Part shown: piece by piece, positions 32,457-42,128 of the stretch | Numbering within the stretch: position 1 is the first letter of the stretch | How the letters are laid out: each line of letters opens with the position of its first letter | NCBI GenBank assembly: GCA_963710605.1 | Contig: CAVQBA010000004.1 | Location: 576,001 to 640,000, forward strand | Length of the DNA stretch: 64,000 bases | Source of the DNA: an uncultured cyanobacterium | GTDB taxonomy: Bacteria > Cyanobacteriota > Cyanobacteriia > Cyanobacteriales > Cyanobacteriaceae | Direction: 5' to 3' | Program-made: the position numbers and the translations under genes | Notes under the pieces: model-generated | The model's database searches: none | What the model was told of the DNA's origin: nothing | What the model saw: the letters and a program-made list of their open reading frames with translations, nothing else

Positions 32457-33671
32457 ATGAAATCACCGCTAAAAATTCTACTTATAGATAATCATTTGAC
32501 TGAATCAGTTCAACTAAGTCAATTAATAAAGAAGGAAAAAAACACTACTTTAGAAATTGTTCAAGTTGTTGATTCACAAATAGCTTTGTCTATTTGGAAA
32601 AACAATATTTTTGACGGTGTTATACTCAAATGTGATTCATCTAACTTAGATACTATTGATTTGGTTAAACAGTTATCTGCTTTGAAAACGTTTATCCCGA
32701 TCGTTGTTGTATTAGTTGATTATGACGAGTCATTTGCCTCAAAGATAGTCGAAGCAGGTGCATCTGATTATTTTTATGAGTCACAAGTTACTCCTTTGAT
32801 TATCGAAAAAACATTTCGTCAAGCTATACGTGTATATCAAGCAGAAGCAGAAGCTAGACGAACAAATCGTAAATTAAAAAATAGAGAAAGATTACTGAGG
32901 AAAAAAAATAATGAACTAAAAAGACAGAAACAGAAGATTAAGTTACAAACATCTGAATTAGACAAAGCCTATCAACTTAAATCACAGTTTTTATCAACTC
33001 TTTCTCATGAGCTAAGAACTCCGATGAATGCTATCATGGGCTTTTCTCAACTTTTATTACGTAACTATCCTGATCCTTTAACATCTAATCAAACCGATAT
33101 GTTAGAAAGGATATATGGTAATAGTCAAGATCTTTTAACCATGATCAATGAGGTTTTAGATTTTTCAGAAATCGAAACAGGCAGAATAAAATTTAAAATA
33201 GAAAAATTTAATTTATCTAACTTTGTTACCTCAACAGTAAATGAAATACGTCCTTTGGCAACGCAAAAAAATTTAACTTTAGATTTAAAATTAGATTTAA
33301 ATGATCCGATCGTTGAAAATGATTGTTTTTTTTGCCGTAGTATTTTAACTAATCTACTTTCAAATGCACTTAAGTTCACTTTTAAAGGTGGAGTTTTTGT
33401 TCATGTATGGGAGATAGACAATAATCGGATTGCGATTGCGATTAAAGATACGGGTATAGGCATCTGCGAACAATCTCTTAAAACTATTTTTAAACCTTTT
33501 AGACAAGTTGATCAGAGTATTACCCGTGAATACACTGGTACCGGTTTAGGTTTAGCAATAGTTAATTCTTTAACTACAAAAATGAAAGGAGCGATTACTG
33601 TAAAAAGTAATCTAAATGAAGGCTCTATATTTCAAATAGAAATTCCTCGTTACCTTTATATTCATCAATAG
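32457..33671 (+). CDS. Hybrid histidine kinase with degenerate N-terminal receiver
   Basis: SHELRTPM, NALKFT, DTGIG, GTGLGL. Confidence 0.9.
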   Translation: MKSPLKILLIDNHLTESVQLSQLIKKEKNTTLEIVQVVDSQIALSIWKNNIFDGVILKCDSSNLDTIDLVKQLSALKTFIPIVVVLVDYDESFASKIVEAGASDYFYESQVTPLIIEKTFRQAIRVYQAEAEARRTNRKLKNRERLLRKKNNELKRQKQKIKLQTSELDKAYQLKSQFLSTLSHELRTPMNAIMGFSQLLLRNYPDPLTSNQTDMLERIYGNSQDLLTMINEVLDFSEIETGRIKFKIEKFNLSNFVTSTVNEIRPLATQKNLTLDLKLDLNDPIVENDCFFCRSILTNLLSNALKFTFKGGVFVHVWEIDNNRIAIAIKDTGIGICEQSLKTIFKPFRQVDQSITREYTGTGLGLAIVNSLTTKMKGAITVKSNLNEGSIFQIEIPRYLYIHQ

Positions 33672-33767
33672 CTACCTTTTTTAGGAAAATAACTTTTTAA
33701 ATAGTCTAAATTTAATATCTAACTTGAATTCGTCTTGATTATAAACAATTAATAACCATAACCAAAA

Positions 33768-34880
33768 ATGCCTATTACAGAAATTCAATCGCAAAAATAT
33801 ATTCTGGTAGTAGATGATCTTCCTGATAATCAATTTTTAGTTAGATTAGCATTAGAACAAGAAGGTCATCAAATTATAGCTGTCGGTGATGGTATTACAG
33901 CATTGAAGCAAATAGAAAAATCACCTCCTAATCTAATTTTGTTAGATGTGATGATGCCTGAAATGGATGGTTATGAAGTTACTAGACGTATTCGTAGTAA
34001 TCCTAATCTACCTTTTATCCCAATTATTTTAATTACAGCCCATCAACAGAATAGTGTTGTAGAAGGTTTAGATGCTGGGGCGGATGAATTTATACATAAA
34101 CCTTTTCAAATTGATGAATTACAAGCAAGAGTACGTTGTCTATTGAGGTTAAAAGAGACGATCGAACAAAGAGAAAGTTTCGTTTCTTGTTTAACTCATG
34201 ATTTACGAACACCATTGGTGGCAATAGATAGAATGTTATTACTGATTAAACAAGGTTGTTTTGGCGATCTTTCTGATACTGTTCAAGAAGCCCTGACTAA
34301 TATTGGTAGTAGTAATCAAAATTTATTAGCTTTATTGAATAACTTGTTGGAAGTTTATGGTTATGAAGTAGGGCAAAAATGTCTTAATTTTAAATCTTTT
34401 GATTTATGGGAATTAATTAAGGAAGTCTGTACCGAATTATTTCCTTTAGCGGATGAAAAAAATCTCGCTTTGGATCTAGATAATACAGCACAGCGAGAAG
34501 AAATAGTTGGCGATCGTTTAGAATTAAGAAGAGTTATTGTCAATTTAGTTAGTAATGCAATTAAATTTACTGACAGTGGCAAAGTTAAAATTAGTTTAAA
34601 ATCAGCACCGAGCAAAGTAATTAAAACTGATGGATATAAAATATCTTCGCCAATACTTTTAATTGAAGTTGAAGATACAGGAATAGGAATTAGTACCGAA
34701 AGTAAGCATAAAATATTCGATCGTTTCCGCCAAGGTAATCATAAACGCTCAGGACATGGATTAGGTTTATATTTATGTTATAAAATAGTTGAGTCTCATT
34801 ATGGTCAAATTGAAGTTGAATCTGAAGAGGAAAAAGGCTCATTATTTAAAATTTATTTACCTGTTAATTCAAAATCTTGA
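33768..34880 (+). CDS. Hybrid response regulator/histidine kinase
   Basis: ILVVDD, LLDVMMP, HKPF; THDLRTP, NAIKFT, GHGLGL. Confidence 0.92.
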   Translation: MPITEIQSQKYILVVDDLPDNQFLVRLALEQEGHQIIAVGDGITALKQIEKSPPNLILLDVMMPEMDGYEVTRRIRSNPNLPFIPIILITAHQQNSVVEGLDAGADEFIHKPFQIDELQARVRCLLRLKETIEQRESFVSCLTHDLRTPLVAIDRMLLLIKQGCFGDLSDTVQEALTNIGSSNQNLLALLNNLLEVYGYEVGQKCLNFKSFDLWELIKEVCTELFPLADEKNLALDLDNTAQREEIVGDRLELRRVIVNLVSNAIKFTDSGKVKISLKSAPSKVIKTDGYKISSPILLIEVEDTGIGISTESKHKIFDRFRQGNHKRSGHGLGLYLCYKIVESHYGQIEVESEEEKGSLFKIYLPVNSKS

Positions 34881-34987
34881 TAGCTGAGATTACTACTAAC
34901 TAAAATGTTGATTTGATAGTTATTCAATCTAATCTTTAAGCTAAATATTAAAGAACAAGTTTAGTGAACTTATGAACTAAAAAACGA

Positions 34988-35308
34988 TTATTTTTCATTT
35001 TCATTAATCTTAATGTTGTCGTCTATTTGTTGTTGTGTTTCTTCTTTTTCCATCTGTGATGATGGCTTGATTTGATCAGATTCTGATTCAGTTATAAGTG
35101 TCGGAGTTTCTTTTTTTTGAGGTAGTGGTTTATTCTCTTGTTGTAGTTTTTGAATTTGCTCTTCGATAATGTCATTCCCACGTTCAAAAAACTGTTGTGA
35201 ATCTTGCCCTCTAAACTGAGCTAAAGCCTGAGGTTGATGAACAGCAATTAGACATAGACAACTAGAAATTACGCCACACAAAGATCTGTATTTGAATTTG
35301 TTATTCAT
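34988..35308 (-). CDS. Hypothetical secreted protein
   Basis: Signal-peptide-like N-terminus ending ALA; SQQFFERG. Confidence 0.55.
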   Translation of the reverse strand: MNNKFKYRSLCGVISSCLCLIAVHQPQALAQFRGQDSQQFFERGNDIIEEQIQKLQQENKPLPQKKETPTLITESESDQIKPSSQMEKEETQQQIDDNIKINENEK

Positions 35309-35578
35309 CGATTTTATTGATTTAATAATAATTAAGTTTTCCTTGAAAACAGACTCAGCTAAAATTTATTACTATTAATAATTAAACATTTTTAATAGCT
35401 TAATAATTTGAAGTACACAATAATTATAGCAATAGGTAAAAATAATCGATTGAAATGACTAATGACAGCTTTTCTTCGCCAAGGGAAACAGAACTTACAA
35501 ATTTAGATGATACTTTATGATCGTAGGGAACGCTATAATTAAATTATCAAGATATTTTTAGAAAATAAATAAAGTATT

Positions 35579-35881
35579 ATGAGTTCAGAACCTAAACCTA
35601 ATTGGAAAGAAAAACTAGAAGAAATAGAGGTAGAAATGTCCAACGAAAACACTTCTATTAACAAACAGACATTTTCTAAAGCGATCGCTACTACCCAAAA
35701 TTGGTTTTTAATGTTGCCAACAGTCGGTAAAGTTTTAGTCAGTTTATTTGCAGTCGGAATATTTTTCTCTTTACTAAGTACTGTTTTTTCTTTGTTGAAA
35801 CTAGTTTTTAGTTTAGCTATTTTAGGTGTGATTGGTTATGTGACTTATCAATTTATACTTAAATCCAATCAAGAAGAATAA
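35579..35881 (+). CDS. Hypothetical two-TM membrane protein
   Basis: 100-aa ORF with two hydrophobic segments. Confidence 0.6.
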   Translation: MSSEPKPNWKEKLEEIEVEMSNENTSINKQTFSKAIATTQNWFLMLPTVGKVLVSLFAVGIFFSLLSTVFSLLKLVFSLAILGVIGYVTYQFILKSNQEE

Positions 35882-36105
35882 GTTGTTTGTTTAGATGCTG
35901 GGAAAGTTAGTTCGTTTTTGCAATAATTAATAACTCTGTTTAGCATCATTTAATTGGTAAAAACAAATATAGCAATCATAAAAATTACTCGCTAAGAAAA
36001 AAAGATTAGCTGATACTAAATCTTTAGTCTCAAGAAATAAATTTAACGATCGCTTCTATTATTTATAATTACAAAAGATATATTTTTTGGGGAGTAGATT
36101 TGGTA

Positions 36106-37098
36106 TTAGTTATGATTACCATCACCGTTATTTTCGGTATTGGCTAATTTTTTAACCGCACGAGCAAAATTCATTTGCCTTGGTGATTTGCTTTGAGGAT
36201 TAGCTGGCCAACCTTCACGTTGACGAGAACGATCGCCATCAAACTCATCTGTTTGATCATGGAATAAAATTTGTTGTGTCGGGAATGGTAAATCAATACC
36301 AGCTTCAACCAGTTTAATACAAAGAACTTCTAAAATTTGATCATAAGAATCGATCGCTTCAGCACGACGAGGAGGATCGATCCACCAACGAGCTCGAATA
36401 TTAATCGTACTACCTGCCAAATCAACGACTAAAGCCTCTGGCTCAGGAGATTGAACAACATCATCTTGATTACGCAACACATCAAGAATTATTTTTTTCG
36501 CTTGAGCGATATCATCACCGTAACCAATACCAATATCATATTGCAAACGGCGTTTTTCAAAGGCAGTATTGACAGTTACAGAATTAGTAAACAATTCACC
36601 ATTAGGAATTACTACACGACGACCGTCATAAGTACGTATTGTAGTCGCACGAGTTTGAATTTTCTCGACTGTACCTTCATAATCTTTAAAAACAATTTGA
36701 TCGTTGATTTGAAATGGTTCAGTTAAGAGTATTAATATTCCTGCTAAAAAGTTTTGTAATACATCTCGAAAAGCAAAACCAATTGCTACACCACCTATTC
36801 CTAAGGTAGATAATAAATCGGCTGGTTCAAAACTGGGAAAAACGATCGTAACGGCAATCAGTAAACCGAGAATTATAATAGCACCTTGAGCCAGACGAGC
36901 AAATACTAATCCTACATTACGAGATTTTTTACGGCTACTAGCCATTCGACGGACAAATGTCCTTACAAGCTGAGCGATAATCCAAAAAACAACAAAAACA
37001 ATAACCCCTAAAATTAGATTAGGAATAAGTTTGATTGCATATTGAACCATCGATTCTAATTTTTGCCAAGCTAAAGACAGAGAAATATCGTCGTCCAT
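36106..37098 (-). CDS. MscS family mechanosensitive channel
   Basis: GFAFRDVLQNFLAG, PFQIND, IPNGEL, IDLPFP. Confidence 0.92.
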   Translation of the reverse strand: MDDDISLSLAWQKLESMVQYAIKLIPNLILGVIVFVVFWIIAQLVRTFVRRMASSRKKSRNVGLVFARLAQGAIIILGLLIAVTIVFPSFEPADLLSTLGIGGVAIGFAFRDVLQNFLAGILILLTEPFQINDQIVFKDYEGTVEKIQTRATTIRTYDGRRVVIPNGELFTNSVTVNTAFEKRRLQYDIGIGYGDDIAQAKKIILDVLRNQDDVVQSPEPEALVVDLAGSTINIRARWWIDPPRRAEAIDSYDQILEVLCIKLVEAGIDLPFPTQQILFHDQTDEFDGDRSRQREGWPANPQSKSPRQMNFARAVKKLANTENNGDGNHN

Positions 37099-37126
37099 TT
37101 TTAATTTTTGTTATAAGTTCCACTTA

Positions 37127-37171
37127 ATCTTAAAGGAGTCGTTTAATTGCTTAATCCTCCTTTAGACAGAT
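37127..37171 (-). promoter_or_regulatory. Putative activator box ATCTGTCTAAAGGAGGAT plus TAAGAT upstream of mscS
   Basis: Matches the dps upstream motif with an identical 21-nt spacer. Confidence 0.45.
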
Positions 37172-37222
37172 TATTAGTAGTAAATAGATAATAGTAAATA
37201 AACAATAATTATTAATTATTAA

Positions 37223-38050
37223 TTACAACAAACTATCCATTAAATCCATTAATTGAATACTTTGAGATGATAGCTCTTTATTTGTAGTTAAGTCTTGGCT
37301 GATTTGAGTTTTTAATAATCCTTTCATGGCGATTAATTTAAGACTATTTTCAGCTAATGTTTCGCTGATTGCTTCTGCTGATTTGACGTAACCGATCGCA
37401 CCTAAATCCATTAATGCCGATCGTCTTAGTTGTAACTCTTCTGTACCTAAAGCTTTAATTAATATTTCACCATAACGATCGTCTTTTGTTAATTGATACA
37501 TAGCTCTGGCCGCCGCATAACTTACTTTAGGAATAGGATGCTGAATAAAAGGCTCAATTAAATCTAGAGCATTTTTTGCCCCAAGAGTACCTAAAGCTTC
37601 TAAGATAGCCTCATAAGGTTGGTTAGGATGAGGTTTTCCGATGACTGATTCCTTGGCATAATTAGTTAATTTATCACCAACGATCGCCCCATATAATAAT
37701 TTAGTTATCGGTGTAATAGCCCTAGAATCAGCCAACATTTCCAAAGCTTGAGCCGCAGACTCACGAACGTAATAATCCTCACAATCTAGACAATCAATCA
37801 AAGGTTCAACGGCGTTAAGAGAATCTAATTTACCCAAGGCTTTAGCCGCATTACGACGTAAAGGGAAACCACCATCAGGAGCCCTATCTTCTTCATCTTG
37901 AAGGGCAAAAATAAGGGCTTCTACTGCTTCTTTTGTCTTAACTCTAAACTTTCCTAGCCACCAAGCGGCATAATATCTTAAACCTAAGTCTTGTTTTTGT
38001 CGGAGATTAGCGATCGCACTTTCGGGAGTTAAATTAGATTCGTTGGTCAT
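37223..38050 (-). CDS. cpcE: Phycocyanin alpha-subunit phycocyanobilin lyase CpcE (HEAT repeats)
   Basis: LRYYAAWWLG, GGFPLRRNAA, ENSLKLIA. Confidence 0.9.
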   Translation of the reverse strand: MTNESNLTPESAIANLRQKQDLGLRYYAAWWLGKFRVKTKEAVEALIFALQDEEDRAPDGGFPLRRNAAKALGKLDSLNAVEPLIDCLDCEDYYVRESAAQALEMLADSRAITPITKLLYGAIVGDKLTNYAKESVIGKPHPNQPYEAILEALGTLGAKNALDLIEPFIQHPIPKVSYAAARAMYQLTKDDRYGEILIKALGTEELQLRRSALMDLGAIGYVKSAEAISETLAENSLKLIAMKGLLKTQISQDLTTNKELSSQSIQLMDLMDSLL

Positions 38051-38114
38051 GGTTGATAATTAATAATGAATAATGTAAACAAGTCCATAGTTGTCAATTG
38101 CTCCCTTGAGCGAG

Positions 38115-38327
38115 AGCAGGGCTGTTTCATGTCTTATTTTTATAATTTCTACAACGCCATAAATATCAGTAAATTTAGCCGTTTTTTTCTAATAATAAAA
38201 AGACAATGTGATCAAATCACTCGATCGAGTATGTAGTAATAGCTTCTAGCTATTTATTTTTTGCTTCTAGCTATTTGTTTTGAGCTTCTAGCTATTTTCT
38301 TCTTCCTTTGAATGAAACAGCCCTGCT
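38115..38327. mobile_element. 213-bp MITE with 16-bp terminal inverted repeats and 8-bp target duplication
   Basis: AGCAGGGCTGTTTCAT...ATGAAACAGCCCTGCT flanked by TGAGCGAG at 38107..38114 and 38328..38335. Confidence 0.85.
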
Positions 38328-38405
38328 TGAGCGAGGGCGGAAGGAAGAAAGTACTTTCAATTCATCCCTCATCCTTTCTACCTCACCCTTTTATCTTTGT
38401 GTTCA

Positions 38406-40190
38406 CTATTTTTTATTATTATCATTATCTTCAAAAAGTTTAGCTAAACTCTCAATATCATCATCGTCATCGTCGGTATCATCATTTTTTGTTTCGGTAA
38501 CAGGTGATGGTTGTTGGTTATCTAACCAAGGATTTGTTTCCTCAACAGTAGATGGTAAATCATTTAGAGATTGAACAATATCTTGAGATGGTACATTCTC
38601 GGCAATTTGAGAATCTGATTTAACCTGACTAGGTATTTCTCTTTCTTCCTCTTTAGTAGTAACAGATTCTGGCTCTAAATCTTGCTCTACGGTTATTTCA
38701 ATCCCACCAACTATTACCTCATCTTCATCTACCGCTTCATCTTCATTTTGTACTGACGATGTTTGGCTATTGTCTTGCTCTTGTTTTTCAAACTCGATCG
38801 ATGATTCGTTGGTTGTTACATCTGAGATGGAAGATTGTGTTTCCTCAACTGGAGATACTAATTCTTCAATATTAGTTTGTGTTTCTTCGTTAGCTAATGG
38901 TAACTCGTCGGTAACAGTTTCTTCTTCGATTGAAGTATTTTCTTCAACTGGTTGTGTTTGTATTTGTTGTTCAATCGTATCCGTAGATATATCTTCAGTT
39001 GCAGTTGTATCAACTGTTGTTTTTTCGATATTTACTGAATCAAATTCTGTTGAGGGAATATCATTCTCTTTTTCAACTATGGTATCTGATAAATCTTGTT
39101 TTTCGATCGCTTCTTCTACTTCTTCTGTGCTAGTTTGCGGCTCAATTTCTGAGACTGACTCTGTATTTTCAGAAGAAAATTCTTCAACTTCATTAATTAT
39201 GACACGATCGTTAAGTGAATCAGTTTTTGATAAAGTTGGCTCTTGTTTTTCTACCTTCTTTTCTACTGGTTTACTCTTATTAGTAGAGATAGTTTTAGTA
39301 GTTTCTGTTTTTGTTTTTGGTTTACGGAATACATTAACAATTCGGCTGAAAAAATTAGGTTTAGTTTCTAGCTGACTATCAATTGATTCGTTGATAGTAG
39401 AAGATGTATCAGCAAAAAAATCTTCCTCTTCAGATTCTAGTTGAGTTTGTGTTTGAATATCTTCAATTTGTTTGGCTTCAGAATTTTCAGGAGTCGTTGT
39501 TAAAGTTATTTCTTCTCTAATAACGGTGACTTTCTCTACTACTGTTTGGTTGACTTCTTCTTCTTCCTCTTCTTGCTCGTTATCATCTTCGGTAATTAAA
39601 CTAGACTCGTTTGTTTCATCCTCAGCAATTTGCGGTTGTGGTAATGTTTCTTCCTCGTTGAGATTATCAGAAATTATTTCTGGCTGTATAGTGGGTTGCT
39701 CGTCGGTGAGAAAGTCTTCGCTTGGTACAGAAGTCGGTTGCGACTGAGGTAAAGTTTCTTCCTTCGCCACGGATGTCGTTGATTCTTGTTCTAAAACAAC
39801 CTCAGGTGTAGCTTTTGGCGTTACAGACTCTGGCACTTTCATGACGGGAGTTTTTTGACGATTAGAAATTTTTGACAAAAATTTACCAATAAAGTTCAAA
39901 AGTGAAAATCCCTCTAAGATTTCGTTAGAATCAGAATTAGCCGTAATTGCCTTTCTTAAAGATTGATTTTCCCACATAAAGGCAAATGTAATTGCGACAC
40001 CCGCCGCTTGCCCTAATAAAACCGCTCCAGTAAATCTGGTGGCACATAACCAAAGGATTAAGGCATAAAATAATCCTAAACCACTCCAGAGAAAGTCGTC
40101 TTTTCGATGTGTCTTTGGACTAAAAAAAGCATTAAACAATAAAGTAATACTCTTAAACGCCATGATGATTGCGAGAAAATAAGCTAACAT
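38406..40190 (-). CDS. Ycf66-family N-terminal membrane domain with long acidic low-complexity tail
   Basis: HRKDDFLWSGLGLFYALILW...LLGQ, followed by ~450 aa rich in E/T/S. Confidence 0.8.
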   Translation of the reverse strand: MLAYFLAIIMAFKSITLLFNAFFSPKTHRKDDFLWSGLGLFYALILWLCATRFTGAVLLGQAAGVAITFAFMWENQSLRKAITANSDSNEILEGFSLLNFIGKFLSKISNRQKTPVMKVPESVTPKATPEVVLEQESTTSVAKEETLPQSQPTSVPSEDFLTDEQPTIQPEIISDNLNEEETLPQPQIAEDETNESSLITEDDNEQEEEEEEVNQTVVEKVTVIREEITLTTTPENSEAKQIEDIQTQTQLESEEEDFFADTSSTINESIDSQLETKPNFFSRIVNVFRKPKTKTETTKTISTNKSKPVEKKVEKQEPTLSKTDSLNDRVIINEVEEFSSENTESVSEIEPQTSTEEVEEAIEKQDLSDTIVEKENDIPSTEFDSVNIEKTTVDTTATEDISTDTIEQQIQTQPVEENTSIEEETVTDELPLANEETQTNIEELVSPVEETQSSISDVTTNESSIEFEKQEQDNSQTSSVQNEDEAVDEDEVIVGGIEITVEQDLEPESVTTKEEEREIPSQVKSDSQIAENVPSQDIVQSLNDLPSTVEETNPWLDNQQPSPVTETKNDDTDDDDDDIESLAKLFEDNDNNKK

Positions 40191-41229
40191 CCGCTTGTTC
40201 TCCTGATGATATTTTGTGATTGCTTGTTGATATTATTATACTTAAACCCGTTGCTTAACAATTAATTAATTCGTATTTTATCTTTTGTTTGCTCAGTTAA
40301 TACTCGAAAATAAATTGACGATTAATCGATTACAAAGCCCGAAGTTGGCTACCTCAGCTTAGAATTAATCAAGACAATCTTACAATTTGATAAGATTTAA
40401 TTTTATTATTGAATCTTCTAACTAAGACAAGAGGTATTACTTCTGAATGATTACTAATTACGACAATAAATTTTTAATTTGACAAGAAATAGATTAAATA
40501 CAGATTTATTTCAATAAGTAAATTTTCTCGATTTTAATTACTTTTGAGCTTGCTTCATTAAAAATGACAATTCTCAATCAATTATCTCGATCGTAAACTG
40601 ATAGAACCATAAATTTATTTTGATATTCATTTTGCTTGAAGTAAAGTAATTGTTAATAACCAAAATAGTTGTCAATTATCGGTAATTTAGTTTCTAATTA
40701 TGGTTTGTGTTATCAACTTATCAACACATATGTGGTTAAAAATATTAACAAAAAACACTTGTTATATTATTATTAAGTTTCGTTTGTTTATGCCAATTAG
40801 CGGGAACGATCGAGAGTATATTGCGTCTATTAGGGTTAAAATGATTAATTTTCGGATAACAAAATTTGAACGAAGATTGTTTAATTATCTTTTAACGGAA
40901 ATAAAATGACGCTAGTCGTGACTATATTATAAATATCTAATGAAAATAATGTATTTTTTAGGTAAAGATTTCAGAGGTGGCGAAAAATTAACAATAATTG
41001 GGTATTATGAACTAGAATAATTAAGTTTTAGAAGTTAATTTATGTAATATTTTTTGTGACTTGAATATTTAATTATTAGTTATATTGCTGATTAACTAAA
41101 GTAATAAGTATATATATTACACCTTGAATTTAGTGGGTAACTTTTTTTCATTTTTTCTTGATTTGAGTTTGAGCTATTCCCTTTAGGTTTTTAAACTGTA
41201 GAAACAAAATTTAAAATATCACTTTAAGT

Positions 41230-42024
41230 ATGTCTAATCAATCTCTTCCAAGTCAAAAATCAACATCTTCAACTAAAAATACTAATACTCATCATCTTTC
41301 GCAAAAAGAAGTTACTGATATCACTACTAAATCTACTGCTACATTAACTCAGAATCAATCGACAACTTCTATGTCTTCTGAAGAAGGTAAAACAGAACGT
41401 AAGCGTTACAAAATTTTAGCAGGAAATGGCTGTCATCAAGCAATCGCCGAAATAAAAGGTATATTAGTACCACCATCAGAACCTGAACAACCTTTTACCT
41501 TAATTTTACCTGATGGTTTACAAATAGAAGCGACATTTAAAACTGCTCGTTTATATTGGATTGCTCAAAACAAAGAATATATTCTTGGGCTTCATTGGTT
41601 TAGAGGTTATCCGAAAATGAAGGATGACAAGCTGATTAGTTTACAAATTATTGCTTGGGATGGCAATATGCCTTCAAACCCAACAGAGGATGAGCATTGG
41701 GAATTTATCGGTATTTGGACAGCACAAAAAAATCTTACCGTACAACGATCGATGATGACCAAAGATATTCGTAAAATTGCTAAAGAAACTGGCTTTATCA
41801 AAAAATTTAAATACACTTTCCTCAATTCTTATGATTGGGCAAAAAGCAAAAAATTATGGATTGGTTATGTTTACAAAATTTTGTGTGTCAGAAAAGGAGA
41901 TAAATTTGAAATAAAAAAAGTCATTCCTTACGCTTGCCCTCGTATTAAACCTGTACCAAAAACAAACAGAGGTAAAACGAGCTACAATAATAAATCTAAC
42001 TCAAAACCCGATAAAAAAGATTGA
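41230..42024 (+). CDS. Hypothetical protein
   Basis: 264-aa ORF; no recognised motif. Confidence 0.6.
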   Translation: MSNQSLPSQKSTSSTKNTNTHHLSQKEVTDITTKSTATLTQNQSTTSMSSEEGKTERKRYKILAGNGCHQAIAEIKGILVPPSEPEQPFTLILPDGLQIEATFKTARLYWIAQNKEYILGLHWFRGYPKMKDDKLISLQIIAWDGNMPSNPTEDEHWEFIGIWTAQKNLTVQRSMMTKDIRKIAKETGFIKKFKYTFLNSYDWAKSKKLWIGYVYKILCVRKGDKFEIKKVIPYACPRIKPVPKTNRGKTSYNNKSNSKPDKKD

Positions 42025-42128
42025 GTGGAAAATTGAGAATTAGTAAACCAATAAAAAGCGAATAATCATTGCTTATCTTTCATTGGCAATTATTAATTAT
42101 TAATTATTAATTGTCAATTGTTATAACT

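Noticed and set aside
37223-38050. cpcE separated from the cpc operon as an anomaly
   Set aside because: Dispersed lyase genes are common in unicellular cyanobacteria
38770-39747. Ser-rich plus-strand ORFs
   Set aside because: Antisense shadows of the acidic Ycf66 tail; the other short antisense ORFs inside long genes were rejected likewise
40191-41229. ~1-kb AT-rich intergenic region with a 69-aa ORF (40700..40909)
   Set aside because: No recognisable RNA structure, repeat or protein motif; an sRNA cannot be excluded
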